From the NCBI RefSeq assembly GCF_008831285.2, contig NC_045138.2, positions 13,702,001 through 13,766,000 of the forward strand: a DNA stretch of 64,000 bases, in the 5' to 3' direction. Every line of letters starts with the position of its first letter. Position 1 is the stretch's first letter. The translations under genes and the position numbers were made by a program. The notes below the pieces were generated by a model. The model was not told the DNA's origin, did no database searches, and saw only the letters and a program-made list of their open reading frames with translations. The DNA is from Nymphaea colorata (Eukaryota). Below are positions 1 to 10,658 of the stretch, piece by piece.

Positions 1-13
1 TTTCGCGACTTAC

Positions 14-834
14 CCCTTCACCTCATTGAGCAACTCTGCTGGCCTCTCCCGCCGAACCCTGTTAATGAACATACCGTACAGATCCTCTGCAGGTCCATCT
101 GAAACACATCATTTATAAAACCTTTTAGGGACAAATTTCTGAAGGTTAGATGCTAGCCAGTGTCCCAACAACTTCTCCATCACACAAACATACACGCGCG
201 CCAATTTCATCTTGCTTTCTCTGTAATATTAAGTTGTCCCGACGCCGATTTCGGAGACTGAAGAGACATTCACAAATGACTCGGCACAAGTTGTCATTTG
301 TTAGAATCACCAAAACAATAAGATGCAATTTTATTTTATAGTTAGCCCATTTCATCATTTCCACTGCGTAGTGTTAAAATAATCGAAACTCATGGTGGTC
401 GTTCACAACATCCCGACGGTCCCAAATAGAGGAAGTCATAACGCTACCAAGCTCATAAAAGGATTCACCTACAATTCGAAGCAGAAGCAAGAAACTGAAC
501 TCTAGCAAACAGAAAAAAAAAAAAAAGAGAATATCTCACAATGGTCGGCCATATCGAAGGTGGTGAGCCCTGCATCAGCATACCGGAGCATGGCGTCGAC
601 TGCTCCATCCCTGTCGATCCTCCCCCACCCTCCGCTTGTCTGCCACATTCCGTTAAGCACCCTGCATATCACCAGCGAGTCGTCACCGTTCTTGACCGTC
701 GCCAGACCGCCTTCGGTACGCACCGCCTCGCATCGGCACGGTTTCGCCACCATGGTGGGTCTCCGAACTCCGGTTTTTCTGGTTTGGAGGGGCGATTCGA
801 GAAGAAAATGGCCGCTGCTGAGGTTTGCCGCCAT
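14..834 (-). CDS. Aldo/keto reductase family protein (NAD(P)-linked oxidoreductase, plant 'flagellar radial spoke protein 5-like' type), copy 1, 5' part only
   Basis: Exon 1 834-540 (MAANLSSG...[15 protein letters not shown]...[10 protein letters not shown]), GT-AG intron, exon 2 98-14 ([29 protein letters not shown]), then a GT donor; the gene continues off the window. AKR D-x-A-x-x-Y motif; exon 2 length (85 nt) is identical to the plus-strand paralog. Confidence 0.9.
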
Positions 835-1538
835 GTGTGGGGAGGAAGGAAGCGGGCCAATGGCGACGGTGAATCGATAAGGTGCCCACTGCCCACTGTG
901 GTTCGAACCCCTTATCCGCTGCGTTTCCTTCGCTTGGGCAAAAATGAGGGCAAGGCGATGGCGACTTAAGACAAATTAGCCCCGACCTGATCGACTTATG
1001 GCTTAACTCAACTACGCTGTCTAGCTCCCGACCGTTTGTCAGGCGAAGTTTTTTCCACTCAACGTGGGCTTAAAGGATGACCGGTTGTTGCTGCCTCTTT
1101 TGTTTGTGACTAAGATCAAGTATAGTATCTGTTCTTGATTTTAGTTAGTCGAATCAAATTTCTCCAAAACAACCAGGACTGACAAGCTTGAGTGGGTAGC
1201 GCAAGTCAAACAATGCCCGGGAGCGTCGTAAATCCGGTCATGGCCGACGCCTCTCACCTTAGTCAACGGCATTTGAGCTCATTTGCTTGTGATTCGATGC
1301 CGTCCGCCATCGCCTGACTGCCCACGTAAAGAAGATGAAAAGTTCAAAACTTAAAACGCCCCGGGAACTTTTTATGATCTACGCATCCAAGCAGCCGCAC
1401 ACCGAAGAGGCTTCTCTATTAGACAACGTTGGCAATTGAGAAGTTGGAAACCACGGCGATTCCTGGCCTTCCGTCTTCCAACCAAGAGAACCTTATCGGT
1501 TCACCGCCGCTTTGCCTGCTGCCCTCCAAGCTCCTACC

Positions 1539-4500
1539 ATGGCGGCAACCCTCGGTGGCAGCCGTTTTCTTCTCCAATCACCCTTCGGAACCAGAAAAGA
1601 CGGAGTTTGGAGACCCATCAACGTTGCCAATCCGTGCCGATGCGAGGCAGTCGGCAATGAGGGAGCCCAGGCGACGGCGAGCGAGAGGCGAACAACCGTG
1701 AAGAGTCGCGACGACTCGCTGGTGATATGCAGGATCGTCAATGGAATGTGGCAGACGAGTGGAGGGTGGGGGAGGATCGATAGGAACGCGGCCGTCGATG
1801 CCATGCTCCGCTACGCAGATGCGGGGTTGACCACCTTCGACATGGCTGACATTTGTGAGCTTGCCCTCTGATTTCTCCTCGGGAATTTGAATTCTTTCCA
1901 CCTTTGAACTACAGTTAGATTGTGATGCGGATAATAAAGTTCTGCTTGGACTGTCTGTGATATCTGCTTTTGCCCCAACCCACTTTGGGAGTCGATTCTT
2001 TCACTGGTATGTCAACTGCGGGTAATGGTTGCCAAGTATTGGAGTTAAGAGGACCGAGTGAGAATCAGAAAATTGGGGAACTAAAAAAATGCTTGTGGGG
2101 TGTGTGTCTATATACGTAATACATATATATGTGTGTGTGTCTATATATATGTATATGTATTTAAAGCTGATGTTTCAGTCTACGTGAAACTTTGAATTTT
2201 GCTGGTGAGGTTGTTGAGGAGCTGGCAATTCAATCAGAAAATTGGTTTTAAAATGGTTTTAGGAACCATGTGTTTCAGATGGGCCAGCAGAGGATTTATA
2301 CGGCACTTTCCTTAACAGGGTGCGGCGGGAGCGGCCACCGGAGTTGCTAAACGAGATCAAAGGGTGAGCTAGAAACTTCTGGCCCTCTTGTATGTAAGAA
2401 AATAGTGAAACAGATGCTGCATCATGCCATTAATTCCACTGAAATGACTCAAGATCCCTTTGATGTAATTTTTTTCTGGAAACAAAGTAAGTCCAGCCGG
2501 AATAGTTCGAAGAACTTAGCAAGAGTGTTCTCTCGATGTGCTTCGTGTTTGCTGCTCCAAAAGGCAATTCTTTGCCTGCGAACTTTCATCTGCAGAAGTG
2601 ACAATGTCTCTTGATCCAGGTTGTGTTTTGCACATGTGAAGTGCCAAAAAAGAAATTAGACAAAACAAAAAAGAAAATATCTTCCTGGTACCTTGCCGGA
2701 TTAATGGTATCACTACAACATTGTTTTCCCCAATACTCATGTACTGCATCACAGGTCTAGGTTTTGTGGTTAACCATGCTGTGTGGGCAAGACAGTTTCA
2801 TTGGCCTACATCTCACTACATTTTATATTGGAAGGCAGCTTTTTGCATGTAGGTTGCTGTGTAAGTCTCTTAACATATGGTATCTGGACAATTCTTACTT
2901 GGTTTTGACAATCCAGATGCGAAGCGTAGAAGTCTGTTGGTTTCAAATTTCAGCTTGTTTCTCTAGAAAAGGAGACACCTTTCTTTTGATGGACTATATG
3001 TGTCAAATTGTTTTGGATGAGTTAATATCCTTGATCTTGTTGAAGTTTGCGGGTGCACACCTGTATTCAGCCAAATAATTTGTGTCCCAGCACCTTGAAT
3101 TTCAAAATTCAAGTATGTCTTTTTCTTAATCAAAAGGAAAACATTTTTTCTAAGAGAAATTTGGGAACTCTTTTGGTGTCAAAAAACTATTGAGTTTGTT
3201 TCACTCTGTAAAGGTCGCCATTAGTCTATGTCAGATGTCCACTTTGCTATTCTGTTGCTTAATTGTGTGGATATTTCTCAGTCAATTGTGCTTAAAATAA
3301 ATTGCCTTTAGAAAGCTCTTGATGCCTAGCTGCGTGTACGTACAGCTGTTTACAAATGCAATGGTGTACAAATACTTAAAACATGTTCTGTTATAGGATA
3401 CTGCAGATACTAGCTTCCTGGCAGGTTCCTTAATTAGTTTATACTTTATACTGTTTTGCAGCCTTACCAAGTGGGTACCTCGTCCAGTTAAAATGACAAG
3501 CAGCTTTGTACGAGATAGTATTAATGTTTCTCGAAAGAGAATGGATGTTGCTTGTCTTGACATGATTCAATTTCACTGGTGTGTTGTCTCCATTAATGCT
3601 GATTTCATCAGCACCTTTGCTTAATATATGATATGCTAAAGACAATCCACTGTCTGCTCTTACTTATTGGGCTTCTTTGTTATTTTATTAGGTGGGACTA
3701 CTCAAATCCTGGATACCTTGATGCACTGAAGCATCTGACAGATCTTAAAGAAGAAGGTTTATTCTGTTATGCACCCAAGCATATCAATTTATTGATACTT
3801 TCTTTGCATCTCTCAACTGTTGGGTGCTACTCATTTATGTCTATTGGCTTTGAATGCAGGGAAGATTAAGACCATTGCATTGACAAACTTTGATACAGAA
3901 AGGTTGCAGATAATACTTGAAAATGGGATCCCCGTTGTCAGCAACCAGGTGACAAGTTTATAATTTTCACTTCACTTGAATTTTTATTGGAAGTTCCTTT
4001 GTTTGGAAAGTAGTGGTTTTGCTGTTTGACAGGTACAACATTCAGTTGTTGATATGCGCCCTCAACAGAGAATGGCAGAGTTGTGTCAGCTTACTGGTGT
4101 TAAACTTATAACGTCTCTCTTTCTCTCTCTCATGTACACACAACACACACAGGATGTCTCTTTTGTTGCCTGAAAAGTTATGCGGTACAGTACACCTGAT
4201 TTAATTTATTTTAAAAAATGCAGGTATGGGACTGTTATGGGTGGCCTCTTGTCTGAGAAGTTTCTTAACACAAACATGCTATTTCCTTTAGCAGCTCCAC
4301 CATTAAACACGCCCTCCCTCCAGAAATATAAAATGGTCTGAATCTCTTCTTTTGTTATAGAGTTTGTTTGTTATCTACAAAGTACACGCCTTGTCAAAAG
4401 GTTAACTACTTTCTAGTAGAAGATTACAACAAGACTTTCTCGTTGCACCCTGGATTATTAGATCTCCCAACCGCCTTTGCTTATGGTGTCATTTGACTTT

Positions 4501-5109
4501 TAAATTTCCCAAGTTTCTTGAGCTGATCCGGTGTTCCAAGTTTCTTGGTGTCAAGATGGATTGAGCCTTTCCAATATTCACCTGCAAGATCTTTGTATCC
4601 ATTTGACGATAATGCATGTGTGGTTTGCAGATGGTAGATGCATGGGGAGGGTGGAACCTTTTCCAAGATCTGCTTCAGACACTGAAGAAAGTAGCCTCAA
4701 AGCACAGGGTTACGGTACCTGCAGTTGCCGTTAGATATATACTGGACCAGGCATGTTCAATCTTCACAACTCGTAGACAAATGTAGTGCTTGCCATGATT
4801 CTAGTTTCTGAAATATACAGTAGCATTGCCTGGTTTTAACAACGTGGATTTGCAATTCTTCTCCATAAATTTGATACTTTTTTGGCTGTTAAAAGAGCTT
4901 TCCTTTTGTTGTAAAAAATACAGCCCTCAGTTGCAGGGTCTATGATAGGGGTTAGACTGGGCTTATCTCAACATATAGAAGACTCTCTTGCCATATTTTC
5001 TCTAGAACTGGATGAAGAAGACAATGGCAACATCAATTCGGTGTCAAGGAAAGGAAGGGATCTACTCAAAGTTATTGGCGATTGCGGAGATGAGTACAGA
5101 CGGGCATAG
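1539..5109 (+). CDS. Aldo/keto reductase family protein, copy 2, complete, probable plastid transit peptide
   Basis: Exons 1539-1854, 2279-2363, 3462-3578, 3692-3756, 3860-3948, 4033-4112, 4224-4335, 4631-4750, 4924-5109 join in frame: FDMADIYGPAE, GLTKWVP, DMIQFHWWDYSNPGYLDAL, GKIKTIALTNFDTERL, SNQVQHSVVDMRP, YGTVMGGLLSEKF, ending GDCGDEYRRA*. AKR catalytic Asp/Tyr/Lys/His are present. Confidence 0.93.
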
Positions 5110-5185
5110 ACACCAAGTTGAATACTTTGTTAATGGAACGCAGATGAAATTAAGATCCTTTTGTACACATGAATTTCCTGCTGTA

Positions 5186-5216
<31 letters not shown>

Positions 5217-5831
5217 CTTTCTTGGTTCTCCCATGTATTGCTCGGAGGCGCAACTGTGTTCATTTTCACTACCAAAAAAAGATAAGATGCATTGGCCACT
5301 TGTATTCTTGTTCTTTTTTTCTTTTCTCCTTTTTCTAGGTTCATGCTTGATGTTTAGTTGTATATCTATATTGCCTGGTAGCTCTTTGCTGGGACAAGGA
5401 TGAAACCGTAAAGAGAGGAGTGGTCAGTTTTGAGCCTCCTTTTGTAGTGCTCCAAAAATTTTAAATACTATGGGTGTGATTATATGCTTTTAACGTTCAT
5501 AACAATGACCTTCTTTTCCGACAGATAATCTTGTTGTCTTTAAAAGGCATAACAAACCGACGCTGCACAAATTTTCAGGAATTCCATAGCTGATGTAATT
5601 GTGGTGATCCTCACCAAAAGATCAATCGCGAAAAGGGGCTGTGGAGATTTTGGATCTCCTTAAAAAAAAAAAAATTCGCGATAACAGGAGAACCGCTCGG
5701 CTATCATAATTGATCCCTGCCTCGTCGTTGACTTGATCAATCTGCCCATTGCGACCCTTAGGCAGTGACGAGTGAAGCAATGCATTGGAGTTTGTCTCCA
5801 GGAACCAGGTCACTTTTATCATGCTAAGCGT

Positions 5832-6104
5832 TAGGCCTAGCTAACGGGTTGGGCCGCCGCCCAGCCGGCCCGATTGGGCCGCCGCCCGATAGGTCGGCCC
5901 GGCGGTGGCCCAGCTCGACCCGTTTACATTAAAAATATATTTTTTTTAATTTTTTTGTTTTAAAAATATATATTTAGTATTATTAAATACATTTTATATT
6001 TTAAAAAAAATTATAATTAAAAAAATTAATTTTTAAATTCAAATGGGCTGAGCCGGGCTAGACCCGAGCCCAGGCCGGGCTCACTGGCCCGATACCCACC
6101 CTTA
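5832..6104. mobile_element. hAT-type MITE (GC-rich GGCCCG ends, AT-rich core)
   Basis: Right end GATACCCACCCTTA; flanks CTAAGCGT (5824-5831) and CTAAGCGC (6105-6112) form a 7/8 target-site duplication; AT-rich core shared with other copies. Confidence 0.8.
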
Positions 6105-6550
6105 CTAAGCGCTGCAATAGCTCATAATGCATGTGTCAAGTTTGATCCATCTCTGGAAGTTACTCTGACACCCAGGTTTGACGCCATCTCGGCCTTTTCA
6201 AGCAAGCCTGGAGTGGAGTTAAGGTGAGCTGAGGTAAACTTGAGTCCAACCAAAGCACCTTGACCTGATATCTAATCTATACTCAGCACCCGGCGAAAGA
6301 TGAGTGTGAAGCCACATCGAACCCTTTCCTTACACACTTACTTTCAGTTTTGAGTTGCGTGGTAGCTTTGGACCAAGACTTACGACCAGACCAGCTTGCC
6401 AGGTCCTCCGGGATCACGAGGGAGGCAGTGTCCTGGACGAGATGTTCCAGACCTTTCCTGTCATACAAGGACACAATTTTTTTTTAGTTTATTTTAATAT
6501 TATTACAAAAAAAAAAAAAAAAAGTAATGGCTCGAGCAGCAGCGGCAGAG

Positions 6551-6802
6551 GTAACATGAGCAACGGGCCGGGCCGGCCCGGTAAAACCCGGCCCGCCGAG
6601 CCATTATTTTTAAATATAAAATATTTTTTTAGTAATATAAAATATTTTTTAATTATAAAATAAATTTTTAGTAATATAAAATATATATTTATTAATAAAA
6701 TACATATTATTAAATTTTAAAAATTAAAAAAATTATTTTTTAATTTATCAACGGGCCGGGTACCGGGTACTCGATGGGTACCCGGCCCGTTGCCCAGGTC
6801 TG
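6551..6802. mobile_element. hAT-type MITE, related family
   Basis: Imperfect TIRs (GTAACATGAGCAACGGG / CCCGTTGCCCAGGTCTG); flanks CGGCAGAG (6543-6550) and CTGCAGAG (6803-6810) match 7/8; same AT-rich core. Confidence 0.75.
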
Positions 6803-6942
6803 CTGCAGAGGGCCGCACTGGAGATAGTCAGGGCAATACCGTCCTTGCGGAGGCTGTTTCGGTAATTTCATGTTCTTTTTCCACCCGGAAGCGCGTCTGC
6901 TCGGCCAATTTCCGCACGTCAATGTGTCGTGTTTAGAGGAGA

Positions 6943-7113
6943 CCATGTCATCGCGGGTCCCGCGTCGGTTCATCCATCTGACGAGGCTTCTCTGTCGACG
7001 TGGCGAGATAACCGAGCGCCAGCAAGGATGGACTTGATGACATGGCAGGGAGTCAAGGACGTAGAGTGTGACATGGCACTACACATGGCAAGAGGCCATG
7101 CCCCCTATAAAAG
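6943..7113 (+). promoter_or_regulatory. bZIP proximal promoter: TATA box plus clustered (TG)ACATGGCA / ACGTGGC motifs
   Basis: TATAAAAG at 7106-7113, about 90 bp before ATG 7197; TGACATGGCA at 7038 and 7069, ACACATGGCA at 7081, GACGTGGC at 6997, reverse TGACATGG at 6943-6950. Confidence 0.55.
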
Positions 7114-7196
7114 GCGTCAACGTCCGAGGGCTTTTCTTTTCCGCTTCCCCTTTCCCCCCTTCTGAAGCGGAGAGCGGCAGCTGCTTCCCCTCTTCA

Positions 7197-10100
7197 ATGG
7201 CTGCGGACGGAGACGAAACTAGGGTTTACTGCTCCGGTGCCGCCTCCAACTCCGACCCAACTCCTGCCGAGCTCCGGAGAGGTGCGGATCCATCCTCGGA
7301 TAAGCTCTTGGAGCCTTTGGATGCAGTGGCAGAGAGGTCGACGACTCTGGAGGACGAGCCTTCTGGCTGTGTTGGAGGGGATCCAATGGTGAAGGTCGAG
7401 CTCGATGCTGCTCACGCACTTGCAGAGTTTGCGCAGCTTGCGCTGATGGCAAGCAGGGGGCTGGAGTGCCGGCGTGGGGCCGAGAGGAAATGGGGTCGAC
7501 GGGGGTGCCGTACGACGGTGCGGCGGAGGAGAGCTGAGATTTGGGGGAAATCGTTCCAGGATTGCAACAAGCCTTGCTCCTGGCAGGACGCGCAGGTTCG
7601 GCTCGCCGTTCTTTCTGATATTTTTGACAGGTCTTTTTGATTTTTCTGAAGTTTTTATGTCGTCTCCAGAGGCTGAAAGTGCCTCCTTGTTTCCTAGTAC
7701 ATCGTTCTTTTTCTACAATCTGGTCGGAATTTGTACGGTTAGTTAGATGCACTACCGAGTCACTTGCGTTTTCGCTTCTTAACGATTCATTGGAGCTTTC
7801 TAGAAGGATTTGAGTTCTAGATGTGGGTGAGAGCCACGGAACAAGTAGATTGATTTTGTGCAAGGATTTGGTGTCTATTATGTGAGTAATCCCAAAATGG
7901 TGGCCCTTGAAGGACAGAACGCAAATGTGCTTTGTTTGATAAAAATTTACTTAAAAATTACTTTTTTTTTGTGTGGTGGGGTTGGAGGTGCAAGGTATGC
8001 TTCAAAGGATGCTGGGAAAGTGACCAGTGGCGTTTTGGATGAAGATACTCCGTCGCATCACCCTCGCCAGTTTGACCAGGTCCTGCGGACGTGATGCAGT
8101 AATCTCTTATTCAGTACCTATCCGGTCTTCAGATTGTAATTATCAGCTTCCTTTGGCGCTTTCCATGAGTTATCCTGAAACCCTTTGCAATGGCCAAACT
8201 TTAAGATATATAGTTAATAACCTTTATTAATAGCATTTCTTGTATCCGTATTTTCCTATTTGTAGCTATTGTTTCTGGTATTCGAAAAAGGAAAATTGAT
8301 TAAATCCGTACGAGCAGCGGTTCATGAATCCAAATGCTTCTGTTCGTTCTTGGGTCCGACATTTCTTGCATCCAGATGCAGCTATAGTGCCTGCATGGGA
8401 TAACTAATATATCAGAAGAAAATCCTTATCAAACGAAAAAATATGGCCTAAAACTATAAAATAAGCTTTAAAAAGCCTTTTTTCTTTTCCTTTTTCCTAG
8501 TGAGAATCGGCGTTACCGTTCACTTTTCGGAGGTCCATTATCATTGTTTGTTCTTAATCACATTTACGTGTGAGAATGACCTTCTATAGTAGGGCAGAAG
8601 AACTGCCAATGTCCTTTTGCCTTTAAATTGCTTCAGCTTTTTTTTTTTTTTTTGCATAGTTTTGTATACTAAGGTCTCAATATTGTGACCTGTGACGCTA
8701 CCATCAGGTTGTTGACAACTAGTGAGTTTGGTACCTATGGAGCAGAAAAATGCCATTTGACTAAAATTGTTCATGAACTTAGAGTTATCTGTAACTTAAC
8801 TTGCAACAATTGCTGCTATAGTTTCTTCATGTTGGACATATTAAGTGAGTGAATTTTCACATATAATATTTTCAAACTTTCACATTTTACACTATCTACT
8901 TTGATTTGCACTTTCTGTAGATAGGCAAGGATCTGTTGTTACTAATATATTATGCATTAGACAGGTGGAAGTGCAGCCCAGTGGTGAAGCCACGTTTAAG
9001 GGGTTGTCCACCCTTGACCTGTCGGGGTTTCATTGCATCAAGTGCCCCTTTGATGGTGCTGGTGTCTCTCTGTCCAACCATCGACGTAGAAGTGCTGCCC
9101 GAAAATTTCAAGGGGCACAAAAATCCTCAACCTCTGTCCCACCCCACTCTGCCCCCACCCAGACACTCTTTCTCATGGAAAACCAATCTTCATGTTTTAT
9201 AGTCTTCTCCTTGTCACTTTTTTAGAGTATAAATCTTTCATTTCGCACGCAACATCCATTTCTTATCTATCTGGTAAAAAAAGTAATTTTTTGTGATAAT
9301 AAATTTAGAACGCATGCCTTTTTTCTTGCTTTTTCCTTTCCTATGGCATTCTATTTACATTTTAATTGCAAAAAATATTTTATTGATAATATTCTGACTT
9401 AAGAAATAATTATGTACATTATTATTGTTTATTTATTTATTTTCTTAACAGTGTGGTTTGATTTATGATATATATATATATATTTTTTAATTTTAATATG
9501 TATTGCTGCACCTCTAACTTGTACTTCTAGCTTTGCCACTGACTGTGGCATTTGTCCTGCCTGAAATTCCTTGATGTAGCTTAAGGAACTAGGAACATCT
9601 ATAATTTTGCTTTTCTAACGTAGTGTTTTTTTATGAAGATTTGAACAAGAAATGTACATAAGTCTTCTTTTGGACATGAAGAACGGTATAGATAACTGAA
9701 GATTTCATAAAAATTTTAAATAGTTTTTTATATGAAATTAGTGAGTGAAAGTAATAAATATCTAACCCATGAGGTAGAGTAGCAACCCTCTGTTGACAAA
9801 AATAACTGGTCACATAAATAGTTGAAATGTAAAATGATAATAATGATTGCATGGGAGGTCATTCTATTGCTGACAGGAAGGTATGCAGCATCTTTAATGG
9901 TGATAGCTGTTAATATGTCTTGTACTTTCCATCATGGAAGGTATATTTGTTCATGAGCACTTGCAGACACAAATTGCTTTGAATCCTCTCCATGTTTGTC
10001 ATTTCTGGTTGAAGCGCTTGCATTTGTGTGCATCTTATGTTTGTTTGGTTTTGTGTACTTTCTTCTATTATTCCCTCTATGCATTTTGATAAACACAGAA

Positions 10101-10623
10101 TAGGTGGAGTTATTTTCTCTTTAGTGGAAAGTTGCTAAAAAGTTAAAGATTTATAAGACTTCTGATACTGAGTCTCTGCTTTGTGGCGTTGAAACAGGCT
10201 CATTGCTCGAGCAAACAAGCTCAACAGTCACAAAAAAGTCCCAAGCCAATGCTAAAGAAACATATAAAGATTGAAGAACAGCAAATCCAGTCACCAGTTA
10301 CTGATAAAAGCCTTAAGAAGTCTGCAAAGCAGGCTGCTTTTACCAGAGGCAAGCCAAAGCAACAATTGAGTGAGGTTAGCTACACTTTCTCTTTTTGATG
10401 CTTTATAAGAAGTTTGTTTATATTTGAAACTTTCTATAGGCCGAGAAAGAGGAAAGAAGGCTGAGGAGGATTCAAGCAAACAGAGAGTCTGCGAGGCAGA
10501 CTATCAGACGACGACAGGTAATGATTTTTGTTTACCTTGATGTGCACTATTGGACTATATATCTAGAATCTCTCTCTCTCTCTCTCTCCTTCCCGTTTAA
10601 AACTCTCAGACGTTTTGTATGTA

Positions 10624-10658
<35 letters not shown>

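Noticed and set aside
541..969. Plus-strand ORFs over AKR copy 1, and antisense ORFs over the root-cap exons
   Set aside because: Opposite-strand shadows of real GC-rich exons.
7219..7863. 214-aa antisense ORF over bZIP exon 1
   Set aside because: Shadow ORF of a GC-rich exon, no recognisable domain.
8965..9225. Possible extra bZIP exon starting VEVQPSGEA after ACAG
   Set aside because: Overlaps the end of a degenerate TE-like insertion, has no convincing in-frame donor and runs into a stop.
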